Assembly: GCA_001001705.1 (NCBI GenBank)
Contig: LCOG01000005.1
Span: 40,714-104,713, forward strand
Origin: Parcubacteria group bacterium GW2011_GWA2_47_26
GTDB taxonomy: Bacteria > Patescibacteriota > Patescibacteriia > GWA2-47-26
Direction of reading: 5' to 3'
DNA length: 64,000 bases
In this document: positions 40,408-48,767 of the stretch, in pieces
How the letters are laid out: every line of letters starts with the position of its first letter
How positions within the stretch are numbered: the stretch's first letter is position 1
The notes under the pieces: model-generated
The model's database searches: none
Seen by the model: only the letters and a program-made list of their open reading frames with translations
Told to the model about the DNA's origin: nothing
Made by a program: the position numbers and the translations under genes

Positions 40408-41451
40408 ATGAGACTCTTGGTTTGCGGCGGGGCTGGGTTTATCGGCTCCAATTTTATCAAATATATTTTAGAAAGATATCCTGATTACAGGGTTGTTAAT
40501 TATGATAAATTGACATATGCCGGGAATTTGGAGAATTTGCAGGATATTGTCTCCCTACGGGAGATCCCCCGCGGGGGGAAAAATAATTCGCGGTACACTT
40601 TTGTGCAGGGCGATATTGGCGATCTAGATAAGCTGAACCAAGTCATTGCTGACCATAAAATTACGCATGCTATTTCTTTTGCCGCGGAGACTCATGTGGA
40701 TCGGTCTATTCATGGCGGATGCAAAGATTTTGTTTTGACCAACACACTGGGCGTGCAAATGCTTTTGGACGCTGTACGGTTTAATAAATTAGAAAAATTC
40801 ATAAATGTTTCCACGGATGAGGTGTATGGAGCTCTAGGGCTTCACGAAGACAGAAAGTTTACTGAAAGTACGCCAGTCTGGCCTAATATGCCTTATGCCG
40901 CGGCCAAGGCTGGAGGGGATTTGATGTGCAATGCCTATTTTGTTACTCATAAGACGCCGGTGATTGTTACGCATTGTTCCAATAATTACGGCCCGTATCA
41001 ATTTCCAGAAAAACTCATACCTTTTTTTATCTTTCGTTTACTGAATAATCAAAAAGTTCCAGTTTATGGGGACGGCCTTTATGTGCGCGATTGGATTCAG
41101 GTGAGGGATCACGCCAGCGCGCTGGATTTACTTTTGCACAAAGGTGTCGCGGGTGAAATTTACAATATCGGCGTGGATAACGAACGGAGTAATTTGGAAG
41201 TGACTAAAATGATTTTGCAAATTATGGGCAAAGGCGAGGATATGATTGAATATGTGACGGATCGGCCGGGGCATGATCGCCGTTATGCCATTGATGCTTC
41301 GAAAATTCAACAGCTGGGCTGGCAGCCGGTTTATACGCGCGATAAATTTGAGCAAGGTCTGCGGGAGACAGTGGAATGGTATTTAAACAATCGCGCATGG
41401 GTGGAGAAATTGCAAAAAAGACAAGCGGAGTTGAATCCGCATATTAAATAG
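40408..41451 (+). CDS. rfbB: dTDP-glucose 4,6-dehydratase
   Basis: LVCGGAGFIGSNFIKYIL, VNYDKLTYAGNLENL, STDEVYG and YAAAKAGGD. Small hairpin-coded insert SLREIPRGG at ~40549-40580. Confidence 0.9.
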   Translation: MRLLVCGGAGFIGSNFIKYILERYPDYRVVNYDKLTYAGNLENLQDIVSLREIPRGGKNNSRYTFVQGDIGDLDKLNQVIADHKITHAISFAAETHVDRSIHGGCKDFVLTNTLGVQMLLDAVRFNKLEKFINVSTDEVYGALGLHEDRKFTESTPVWPNMPYAAAKAGGDLMCNAYFVTHKTPVIVTHCSNNYGPYQFPEKLIPFFIFRLLNNQKVPVYGDGLYVRDWIQVRDHASALDLLLHKGVAGEIYNIGVDNERSNLEVTKMILQIMGKGEDMIEYVTDRPGHDRRYAIDASKIQQLGWQPVYTRDKFEQGLRETVEWYLNNRAWVEKLQKRQAELNPHIK

Positions 41452-41527
41452 CAGAGTAAGCAGATTAAGCACTAGGCAGAGTAAGCAAGTGCTTAGTACT
41501 TACTCTGCCTACTCTGCATAATCTGCT
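41450..41527. repeat. Family-C 9-mer hairpin ('empty')
   Basis: AGCAGAGTAAGCAGATTAAGCACTAGGCAGAGTAAGCA-AGTGCTTAGTAC-TTACTCTGCCTACTCTGCATAATCTGCT, between rfbB and the cupin gene. Confidence 0.8.
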
Positions 41528-41535
41528 ATCATTGT

Positions 41536-41952
41536 ATGTTTAAAGAATTTCAAATTTTTACCATCAAGAAAATAGAGACGCCGAAGTTTGTTATGAGTCC
41601 GGTGGAGCTGAAAGAATATGTTGATTTTGAAGTCAAGAGAGCGTATTTCATTACTAAACCAGTTGCGCAGACCGGAGCGCATTGTCATAAGATAGAGGAA
41701 GAGTTTTTTATTTTGGTGCAGGGGAGTTGCACGGCGGTGATCGATCGCGGGCAGGGTTTGGAAGAGATTGCTATGAATGGACCGACTAGCGCTATGTATG
41801 TGCCGGCTTTCGTTTGGCATCATTTTAAAGATTTTTCGCCGGATGCAATTTTGCTGGCTTTGAGTTCCACCAATTATAGTCCGGACAGGAGCGATTATGT
41901 TGAGGATTATGAGGAGTTTAAGAAAGCGAGCCCCTATTATGCAGCAGATTAA
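41536..41952 (+). CDS. WxcM/FdtA-like cupin (dTDP-4-keto-6-deoxy-sugar 3,4-ketoisomerase family)
   Basis: 138 aa. FEVKRAYFITKPVAQTGAHCHKIEEEFFILVQGSCTAVIDRG resembles FdtA/QdtA-type cupins. The stop codon lies in a family-C repeat. Confidence 0.6.
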   Translation: MFKEFQIFTIKKIETPKFVMSPVELKEYVDFEVKRAYFITKPVAQTGAHCHKIEEEFFILVQGSCTAVIDRGQGLEEIAMNGPTSAMYVPAFVWHHFKDFSPDAILLALSSTNYSPDRSDYVEDYEEFKKASPYYAAD

Positions 41953-42012
41953 GCAGATTAGGCAGAGTAAGCAGCTGGTTTTGCTTAATCTGCTTAGTGC
42001 TTAATCTGCTTA
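41941..42012. repeat. Family-C 9-mer hairpin ('empty')
   Basis: GCAGCAGATTAAGCAGATTAGGCAGAGTAAGCAGC-TGGTTT-TGCTTAATCTGCTTAGTGCTTAATCTGCTTA. Confidence 0.8.
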
Positions 42013-42015
42013 TTT

Positions 42016-42939
42016 ATGCATATCCTAGTCATTGGTGCAAAAGGAATGTTGGGGCAAGAGTTTGTAAGACAGCTTCGCGACAAAGATGTTGTCGGTTGGG
42101 GGCGCGAGGATATTGATATTACAAATGCGGCAGAGGTTATGCAGAAGATCGGGGATATTAAGCCCGGTCTTATTATTAATTGCGCCGCGTATAACAATGT
42201 AGACAAGGCCGAGAATGAGCCGCAAGTGGCTATGGCAATTAATGGCGAGGCGATAGGCTATCTGGCGGCTGCCGCGCTAAAGTGTGGGGCGGCTTTTGTA
42301 CATTTCTCCAGTGATTATGTATTTAGCGGAGAATTATCCGCAACACAATTGGATGCGGCCGCATGTAATTTTGTTACAATAGGATACATGGAGGAAGATT
42401 TGCCTAATCCGGTCTCAGTTTATGGGCAGTCAAAAGCGTTGGGAGAGAACAAGATTGTGTCCATTCCGCGCGGCCGCGCGGAATGGACACAATGGTATAT
42501 TGTTCGCACTTCGCGGCTTTTTGGACTGTCCGGTATTGGCGTGACAAGCAAAAAGAGTTTTCCCGAGATGATGCTTAAATTTGCGCGCGAGAAAGGAAGA
42601 ATTGAAGCAATTGACGCAGAGGTTAGCTCACCAACGTACGTAAAGGATTTGGCCGAGGCGACACTGAAGATGGTTGAGGGGGATGCGCCATCGGGAATTT
42701 ACCATATATCAAATAGCGGATCATGTACTTGGTACGAGTACGCAAAAGTCACCATAGAATGTGTCGGACTTCAAAATGTGGAGGTAGTGCCAGTGGGTCA
42801 AGAACATTTTCCGCGCAAAGCCAAACGTCCGGCTTTTTCCGTGCTTTTGAATAATAAACTTCCTCTTTTGCGGCCATGGCAAGAGGCATTACGAGAATAT
42901 CTAATTTCTAAATTTGAAAACGGATTTTTAGTTGAATAG
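42016..42939 (+). CDS. rfbD: dTDP-4-dehydrorhamnose reductase
   Basis: ILVIGAKGMLGQEF, IINCAAYNNVDKAENE, SSDYVFSG and YGQSKALGE. Two palindrome-coded inserts. Confidence 0.8.
   Translation: MHILVIGAKGMLGQEFVRQLRDKDVVGWGREDIDITNAAEVMQKIGDIKPGLIINCAAYNNVDKAENEPQVAMAINGEAIGYLAAAALKCGAAFVHFSSDYVFSGELSATQLDAAACNFVTIGYMEEDLPNPVSVYGQSKALGENKIVSIPRGRAEWTQWYIVRTSRLFGLSGIGVTSKKSFPEMMLKFAREKGRIEAIDAEVSSPTYVKDLAEATLKMVEGDAPSGIYHISNSGSCTWYEYAKVTIECVGLQNVEVVPVGQEHFPRKAKRPAFSVLLNNKLPLLRPWQEALREYLISKFENGFLVE
42460..42487. repeat. Perfect 28-bp palindrome with a central NotI site, in frame in rfbD
   Basis: TCCATTCCGCGCGGCCGCGCGGAATGGA equals its own reverse complement. Encodes SIPRGRAEW. Confidence 0.85.
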
Positions 42940-42948
42940 TCAGAGAAT

Positions 42949-42987
42949 AAAAGCGCCGGCGGTTCCTTGCGGTTCCGCCGGTTTGTT
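42949..42987. terminator. Bidirectional stem-loop between convergent rfbD and the GC-rich minus-strand gene
   Basis: AAAAG-CGCCGGCGGTTCC-TTGC-GGTTCCGCCGG-TTTGTT. Confidence 0.6.
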
Positions 42988-43019
42988 ACTTGGTGCATTC
43001 CTCCTGCGTGATGTATTGG

Positions 43020-43805
43020 CTACGGTACAGTGGGAGTCAGAAGGCCGAGCGCTACAAGCCGCGCCATGCAGGTACCGAAGTAGCTGTCATCGTTTTGCAT
43101 GACGAAGCCTTGCGGTCCCCACAGCGCTTCCACTGGCACGACCACCGGTCCGGAGCGCATCTCCCACGGATCTGGGTTTGGAGCTTCTCCTTCGCCGAGC
43201 CTTGCGGCTTCGTCTCCCGAGATGACCGCGGCGAAAAGGTGCGGGTGGTTGTTGGTCATCCCACGGTCGGGGTACATGCGCCCCAGCGGGATGACTTCTT
43301 CAAGGCGGAGTTCTGGAAGGCCGAGTTCTTCGCCGATTTCCGTCCGGAAGCGGTTGAGCATGCCGGTAACTCCGACTTCGGTCGGCTCGGCAAACCCTCC
43401 GATGCCGTCGAAGGTGGAACCCCCGACCGCGAAGCTGTCGCCGCGCATGACCACGATATGCGTAATCCGCCCTCCGCGTCGCACCAGCACCACACCCTTG
43501 GAGCCGCTTTCCGGACCTTGGCGCCAGCTGAAGTACTGGTACCAGTAGACGAGTTGCAGATCTTTGAGAACCTGGACCTGGAAGACCGCGAAGATCCCAA
43601 AGATAGGACTCGTATCCGGGATGAGGAGATCTGCGAGTGCGATCACTCGCACGCCGCCAAGTTCGTCCGGGCGCGCCGCGAGGTCCGTGAGGAATCCCGC
43701 GCAAGTCTCCCACGGCAACTCGAGGAGTAGCTCCCGAAGCGACGAACTTGTTGCCTTGAACCACGGTCTTGCTTGCAGTTTCGCGATTACCTGTTCACGC
43801 CCCAT
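43020..43805 (-). CDS. GC-rich Nudix-like hydrolase-fold protein (divergent Nudix box)
   Basis: 261 aa. GGGAGGAAACG-ATG SD. GGFAEPTE...RTEIGEELGL approximates Gx5Ex7REUxEExGU with altered spacing. Several overlapping alternative-frame ORFs in the track indicate a local GC excess. Confidence 0.5.
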   Translation of the reverse strand: MGREQVIAKLQARPWFKATSSSLRELLLELPWETCAGFLTDLAARPDELGGVRVIALADLLIPDTSPIFGIFAVFQVQVLKDLQLVYWYQYFSWRQGPESGSKGVVLVRRGGRITHIVVMRGDSFAVGGSTFDGIGGFAEPTEVGVTGMLNRFRTEIGEELGLPELRLEEVIPLGRMYPDRGMTNNHPHLFAAVISGDEAARLGEGEAPNPDPWEMRSGPVVVPVEALWGPQGFVMQNDDSYFGTCMARLVALGLLTPTVP

Positions 43806-43923
43806 CGTTTCCTCCCTTTGCCTTTTGGCATTTGCACCTTATCATAAGCTCTGTGTCTTGTCAAGATAATCCAGGCCCATCAACCATTGACGCCCTGACA
43901 GATTGTTGATATTCTGCTTCAAT

Positions 43924-44511
43924 ATGCGCGATAGGAGACAGCTTTTGGATTTTACAGAAAATAAGGCGCGGAGTTTTATGGCGGATTTTACTGTACCAGC
44001 GCACGGCATTGAGCATATCTGCCGAGTTAGAGATTGGGCAGTGAAAATCGCGCGCGAGGAGGGACAGGATGAATTTCTGGCGGAGATCGTTGCGTTTTTA
44101 CATGACATTGGACGGGTGCCAGAATTTAAAAATAATCCCGAGTTGCGACATCACGAACTTTCTTACCGTCTAGCACAAGAATGGTTTGCGCAATATCGCG
44201 AATTTGATCTTTTAACTTTGCAAGAAAAGGAGGAAGTATTGTATGTGGTGCGCTATCATTGGGACGATACGGCGGAAAAATATCCGTTGGCCAATATTTT
44301 GAGAGACGCGGATAAGCTGGATATGTATGGGGAGATTGGATTAAAAAGAGCAGTGGAATTTCATAGAAAGAGCGGCAGAGAGGATATTAAAAAAAATATT
44401 GAAGCCAATCTTGCTATGGTCAGCCGCATTAAAACCGCCACAGCTAAAAAAGTTATTGCCGAGAACGATCTTTTAAGGCCTCTTTATAAATGGATAGAGG
44501 AGCATCCGTAA
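43924..44511 (+). CDS. HD-domain metal-dependent phosphohydrolase
   Basis: HGIEHICRVRDWAVKIA...AFLHDIGR...RDADKLD. I prefer the ATG at 43924 over the TTG at 43903. Confidence 0.8.
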   Translation: MRDRRQLLDFTENKARSFMADFTVPAHGIEHICRVRDWAVKIAREEGQDEFLAEIVAFLHDIGRVPEFKNNPELRHHELSYRLAQEWFAQYREFDLLTLQEKEEVLYVVRYHWDDTAEKYPLANILRDADKLDMYGEIGLKRAVEFHRKSGREDIKKNIEANLAMVSRIKTATAKKVIAENDLLRPLYKWIEEHP

Positions 44512-44515
44512 TTCT

Positions 44516-45445
44516 ATGGATCTATCAATAATTATTGTCAGTTGGAATGTTAAAGATAAACTGCGGGAGTGTTTGATGTCGGTTGAGGAGACGATGGCGA
44601 CTCCTCGTGACCATGCCACGGCGGAAAGTGGCCTGGTCACTCCCGCCGCTTTAACCTATGAGGTGTTTGTTGTGGATAATGCCTCAAAAGATGGAAGCGT
44701 GCAGATGGTGGAGAAGGAGTTTCCGGAGGCGCATCTTATTGCGAACAATTTTAATGCTGGTTTTGCCAAAGCCAATAATCAGGCGATTCGATTGTCGCAG
44801 GGGCGGTATGTTTTGCTTTTGAATCCGGATATGCGGCTGTTGGGTGGTGGGGAACAAGCCCACACTCTACAGGGCATGGTGCGATTTATGGATGAGGAGA
44901 GAAACAGGAAGGTAGGAGTGGCGGGGTGTTGGCTTGTGAATGCGGCAGGCGAGACCGTACCTCATGTCCGCCGTTTTCCCACAATCAAAGATCAACTCGC
45001 CGTTCTCCTTAAGGTGCCTCATCTTTTTCCAGTAGTTCTGAATTTGTATATGATGAAAGATTTTGATTATTCAAAAGAGGCGCGGGTGGATTCGATTCGC
45101 GGATCATTTTTTATGATACGGCGCGAAGTGCTTGATAAAATCGGCTTGCTTGATGAAGGTTTTTTTATCTGGTTTGAGGAAGTTGATTTTTGCAAGCGCG
45201 CGATTGAAGCGGGCTTTGAGGTGGCCTACACGCCGAGGGCTAGGTGTGTGGATTATGTGGGACAGAGTTTTAGACAGGTGCGCTTGTATCCGAAGCAAAA
45301 GATGATGACGCGGAGCATGTTATATTATTTTAAGAAGCACCATCCTTGGTGGCAGTACCGGATTTTGTGGATATTGCGGCCGTTGGCGCTTGCTGCAGCA
45401 TGGGTGGGGGATAGCTTGCACATGCAGGCAAAAAGAGTGACGTGA
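44516..45445 (+). CDS. Glycosyltransferase family 2
   Basis: LSIIIVSWNVKDKL...VFVVDNASKDGS...NNFNAGFAKANNQAI. One in-frame REP hairpin. Confidence 0.85.
   Translation: MDLSIIIVSWNVKDKLRECLMSVEETMATPRDHATAESGLVTPAALTYEVFVVDNASKDGSVQMVEKEFPEAHLIANNFNAGFAKANNQAIRLSQGRYVLLLNPDMRLLGGGEQAHTLQGMVRFMDEERNRKVGVAGCWLVNAAGETVPHVRRFPTIKDQLAVLLKVPHLFPVVLNLYMMKDFDYSKEARVDSIRGSFFMIRREVLDKIGLLDEGFFIWFEEVDFCKRAIEAGFEVAYTPRARCVDYVGQSFRQVRLYPKQKMMTRSMLYYFKKHHPWWQYRILWILRPLALAAAWVGDSLHMQAKRVT
44607..44640. repeat. REP-type hairpin (RAYT family F), in frame in GT2
   Basis: GTGACCATGCCAC-GGCGGAAA-GTGGCCTGGTCAC encodes RDHATAESGLVT. Confidence 0.75.
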
Positions 45446-45450
45446 ATCAT

Positions 45451-45519
45451 GTCATTCCCGCGAACGCGGGAATCCACGATGCAATTGATTGTGGATCCCC
45501 GATCCCTGTCGGGGATGAC
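45451..45519. repeat. Family-A variant palindromic element
   Basis: GTCATTCCCGCGAACGCGGGAATC...GATCCCCGATCCCTGTCGGGGATGAC, intergenic. Confidence 0.75.
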
Positions 45520-45530
45520 AAATTGTTTGT

Positions 45531-46637
45531 ATGCCGAAGTTATCAGTTCACTTAGTAACTTGGAACGGCGTAAAATATATTCCTTATCTTTTTGAGTCTT
45601 TGCGTAAGCAGAGTTTTAAAGATTGGGAGCTTTTGGTCATAGATAATGGGTCAGGGGATGGGACGAGTGAGGCGATTGAGAAAGAGCTGCAGAGTTTCCC
45701 TGCGCCTGCGCGATTTGTGCGCAATGAAAAGAATCTGGGATTTGCGCATGGACACAATCAAGCCGTGCACGCAACGCAAGGCGAGTATATTCAGCTTCTT
45801 AATCAAGATATGTATCTTGCGCAGGATTATTTTGAGAAGATTGTGGCCATGATGGAGGAGCATCCCGAGGCCGGGGCAGGGCAGGGGGTGTTGTTGAAAT
45901 GGGACTTTGGCAAAGCGTCTAGCGTCGAGCGTTTAGCGTCTAGTAATAGTTTGACTGATATTGTTGATACAATGGGGCTTAAAGTTATGCGTAATAGAAG
46001 GGTGGCAGATTGGAGGACGGGGAAATTATTAAACAATGTCATTGCGAGCGGAGCGAAGCAATCTCATAGGTGGGGTGAAGAGATCGCCACGACACCTTCG
46101 GTGTCTCGCGATGACGAGGTATACGAAGTCTTTGGTGTTTCTGGCGCCTTGCCGATTTATCGCCGCAAGGCGGTTGAGCAGGTCGCTTTTGAGGGCCAGA
46201 TGTTTGATGAGGATTTTTTTAGTTATAAGGAAGATGTGGATTTAGCCTTTAGATTGCGTGCCGCGGGATGGAAAGCGTATGTGGATCCGCAAGCGCAAGC
46301 TTGGCATGATCGCAGCGCGGCTGGGCCGCGTGAGATGTCTGATAAAGCGGCGCTTCAAAATCGGAAAACCAAGTCGGCTTTTGTAAATTATCATTCTTAC
46401 AAAAACCATGTCATGGTCTTGTTGAAAAATGAAAATCTTGCTAATTTTGCAAGAGACTGGCCGTGGATTTTATGGTACGAATTTAAAAAGTTTGTTTATC
46501 TTTTGCTATTGGATCGTGCGACATTGAAAGGATTAAAAGAGATAAAGAGGCTCCGGCCGCGTACGATGCAAAAGCGTAAGTTTATCACGAGTCATTATAA
46601 ATTAAAGCCGGAGGAGATGAGAAAGTGGTTCTGCTAA
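45531..46637 (+). CDS. Glycosyltransferase family 2
   Basis: LSVHLVTWNGVKYIPYLFESLRKQSFKDWELLVIDNGSGDGT...NLGFAHGHNQAV. One in-frame family-A element. Confidence 0.85.
   Translation: MPKLSVHLVTWNGVKYIPYLFESLRKQSFKDWELLVIDNGSGDGTSEAIEKELQSFPAPARFVRNEKNLGFAHGHNQAVHATQGEYIQLLNQDMYLAQDYFEKIVAMMEEHPEAGAGQGVLLKWDFGKASSVERLASSNSLTDIVDTMGLKVMRNRRVADWRTGKLLNNVIASGAKQSHRWGEEIATTPSVSRDDEVYEVFGVSGALPIYRRKAVEQVAFEGQMFDEDFFSYKEDVDLAFRLRAAGWKAYVDPQAQAWHDRSAAGPREMSDKAALQNRKTKSAFVNYHSYKNHVMVLLKNENLANFARDWPWILWYEFKKFVYLLLLDRATLKGLKEIKRLRPRTMQKRKFITSHYKLKPEEMRKWFC
46038..46115. repeat. Family-A variant element, in frame in GT2 (78 nt = 26 codons)
   Basis: GTCATTGCGAGCGGAGCGAAGCAATC...GTGTCTCGCGATGAC encodes VIASGAKQSHRWGEEIATTPSVSRDD. 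Confidence 0.85.
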
Positions 46638-46638
46638 T

Positions 46639-47499
46639 ATGTACGACATCGTAACAGTGACAGTCAATTACAAGATGAAAGACAAGGTCTTAGCGATGTT
46701 GCGGTCGCTTTTTCGCGATACGGAAAATAGGGACATTTCTAATTTTGCTGCGCAAAATTTAGAGACGTCCCTATTTCCTCGGGTGCAGTCGGTGGTTGTT
46801 GATAATGATTCCCGCGATAGCATTAAGGATGCACTAGTAAAAGAGTTTAGTCAGCGGATTATTTTTATTGATGCTGGTGCGAATATCGGATTTGGGCGCG
46901 GTAATAATTTGGCGCTTAAAAAATTTGAGGCAAAATATTATTTCATTGCCAACCCAGATTTAGTATTCATGGAAAATCAGCCGGACACAGTGGCGCGGTT
47001 GTATAAATTTATGGAAGACAATCCTAAAATTGGCATTGTTGCGCCGCGTTTGGTTTTGAAAAGTGGGGTTACCCAACCATCCTGCATGCGCTTCCCGCGC
47101 TTTTTTGATCAGCCGATTTACCGTCTTGGTCTTCATAAAAAATACGAGTGGGCGCGCCGGAGAGTGGAGTGGCTGCTTATGAAAGATTTTGACCACACAA
47201 AGAGCCAGCCAATTGATTGGGCGACTGGTGCGGCGTTTTTTGTGCGCGGAGATATGTTAAAGAAGGTCGGGTTTTTTGATGAGAGATACTTTATGTATTT
47301 TGAAGATTGCGATTTATGCCGGACATTCTGGTCGCGCGGCTGGCCAGTCTACTATAAAGGCGATATCGTAATCCAACACGGTCACGAGCGCGCCTCGGCA
47401 AAAGTGCCGGGGTTGAAATCAATACTTTTAAATCCATTGACGCGCATACATTTAAAGAGTTTGGTGAAGTATGCATGGAAGTGGAGAGGGAGGAATTAA
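46639..47499 (+). CDS. Glycosyltransferase family 2
   Basis: IVTVTVNYKMKDK...VVVDNDSRDS...NIGFGRGNNLAL. One in-frame family-B element. Confidence 0.85.
   Translation: MYDIVTVTVNYKMKDKVLAMLRSLFRDTENRDISNFAAQNLETSLFPRVQSVVVDNDSRDSIKDALVKEFSQRIIFIDAGANIGFGRGNNLALKKFEAKYYFIANPDLVFMENQPDTVARLYKFMEDNPKIGIVAPRLVLKSGVTQPSCMRFPRFFDQPIYRLGLHKKYEWARRRVEWLLMKDFDHTKSQPIDWATGAAFFVRGDMLKKVGFFDERYFMYFEDCDLCRTFWSRGWPVYYKGDIVIQHGHERASAKVPGLKSILLNPLTRIHLKSLVKYAWKWRGRN
46722..46778. repeat. Family-B palindrome, in frame in GT2
   Basis: GGAAAATAGGGACATTTCTAATTTTGCTGCGCAAAATTTAGAGACGTCCCTATTTCC encodes ENRDISNFAAQNLETSLFP. Confidence 0.9.
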
Positions 47500-47500
47500 T

Positions 47501-48646
47501 ATGCAACCGAAGGTTGGTATTATACTGATAAACTACAAAGATTACGCTAAACGGTTTTTGGCGGATTGCCGCGATAGTTTGCGATTGATTGATTATCCGA
47601 AAGATAAGTACGTCGTATATATTGTGGACAATGCGACGTCGCCTGAAACGCGGGCATATTTGCAGGAGATATATCCTGAAGCAGTGGTAATTCCGAATTT
47701 AGAAAATTCCGGGTGGGGAGGGGGGAATAATTTGGGTATTGAACAATCATTCAAGGACGGTTGCGAGGATGTGGTCTTGGCGAACATGGATGTGATTGTG
47801 CATAAGGATTGGCTAAAGGAGTTGGTCAGCGCGGCGTATAGTGATAGTGGCCAAGCCACAACGGAAAGTGGCTTGGCCACAAATCCGAGCGATTCTAAAA
47901 TCGGCATCGCGCAGTCAAAGCTTTTGCTTTGGCCAGTTGGCTCTGATGGAGTGCAGAGAATAAATTCACTTGGCAATGAGATTCATTTTTTGGGGTTTGG
48001 GTATTGCCGGGGGTATGGGGAAGAAAATAGGGACGTTTCTAATTTTGTTACGCAAAGTTTAGAAACGTCCCATTTTCCAGATATTCCTTACGCGTCGGGG
48101 GCGTCAATGTATGTGAAGGGCGAAGTTTTCAGAAAAATTGGACTTTGCAATCCGGCATTTTTCATGTACCACGATGATTTGGAAATATGCTTGAAGGCCA
48201 AGTGCGCTGGTTATCGAGTAGTACTGGCTCCCGCGTCAGTCATGTGGCACAAGTACGAATTTGGCAGATCAGTGCGCCAGATTTATTATATGGAACGCAA
48301 TAGATTGATCACGGTGCTGGAATTTTATAAAATTTCCACTCTGATTTTACTAGCTCCGATGTTTTCCGTAATGGAGCTGGGTTTGCTAGGTAGCTCGCTT
48401 GCGGGCAGATATGATAAAGCCAAGCTGCGCAGTTGGGCGTACTTTTGGCATTTTGATAATTGGAAAAAAATTTTTCAGGAACGGAGACGGATTCAAAGAC
48501 TGCGTACAATAAAAGACAGTGAATTAATGCGAGACTTTACTGGAAAAATTCTGTTTCAGGAAATTGCCAATCCTGTACTTCGCTATTTTGTTAATCCTGT
48601 TTTTAATGCTTACTGGCAAGTTGCGAAAAGGTTGATGTGGTGGTAG
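47501..48646 (+). CDS. Glycosyltransferase family 2
   Basis: GGAGGAATTAAT-ATG. VGIILINYKDYAKRF...VVYIVDNATSPET...NSGWGGGNNLGI. One REP hairpin and one family-B element in frame. Confidence 0.85.
   Translation: MQPKVGIILINYKDYAKRFLADCRDSLRLIDYPKDKYVVYIVDNATSPETRAYLQEIYPEAVVIPNLENSGWGGGNNLGIEQSFKDGCEDVVLANMDVIVHKDWLKELVSAAYSDSGQATTESGLATNPSDSKIGIAQSKLLLWPVGSDGVQRINSLGNEIHFLGFGYCRGYGEENRDVSNFVTQSLETSHFPDIPYASGASMYVKGEVFRKIGLCNPAFFMYHDDLEICLKAKCAGYRVVLAPASVMWHKYEFGRSVRQIYYMERNRLITVLEFYKISTLILLAPMFSVMELGLLGSSLAGRYDKAKLRSWAYFWHFDNWKKIFQERRRIQRLRTIKDSELMRDFTGKILFQEIANPVLRYFVNPVFNAYWQVAKRLMWW
47847..47880. repeat. REP-type hairpin (RAYT family F), in frame in GT2
   Basis: GTGGCCAAGCCAC-AACGGAAA-GTGGCTTGGCCAC encodes SGQATTESGLAT. 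Confidence 0.8.
48023..48078. repeat. Family-B palindrome, in frame in GT2
   Basis: GAAAATAGGGACGTTTCTAATTTTGTTACGCAAAGTTTAGAAACGTCCCATTTTCC encodes ENRDVSNFVTQSLETSHFP. Confidence 0.9.
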
Positions 48647-48650
48647 AGTT

Positions 48651-48767
48651 TAGCAAGTAAGCAGAGTAAGCAGAGTAAGCAGAGTAAGCAGAGTAAGCAG
48701 ATTAAGCAGATTAAGTACTAAGCAAATTGCCTAATCTGCCTAATCTGTCTATTGCTTAATTTGCTTA
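48651..48767. repeat. Family-C 9-mer hairpin, longest copy (AGCAGAGTA x4, AGCAGATTA x2, then the inverted arm)
   Basis: TAGCAAGTAAGCAGAGTAAGCAGAGTAAGCAGAGTAAGCAGAGTAAGCAGATTAAGCAGATTAAGTACTAAGCAAATTGCCTAATCTGCCTAATCTGTCTATTGCTTAATTTGCTTA. It fills the whole intergenic spacer up to the next ATG. Confidence 0.85.

Noticed and set aside
42990-43869. Plus-strand ORFs 42990..43730 (246 aa), 43099..43548 and 43564..43869 opposite the minus-strand gene.
   Set aside because: The minus-strand ORF 43020..43805 has a strong SD, a Nudix-like motif and a terminator in the right place. The + strand ORFs have Arg/His/Pro-rich composition and no start context.
48651-48767. Possible CRISPR array, because of regularly repeated AGCAGAGTA units (also at 13086, 21411, 41450 and 41941).
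   Set aside because: The units are 9 nt and directly abutting with no spacers, and the second half is the inverted complement (one long hairpin). No cas genes are present. This is a tandem/inverted repeat, not CRISPR.
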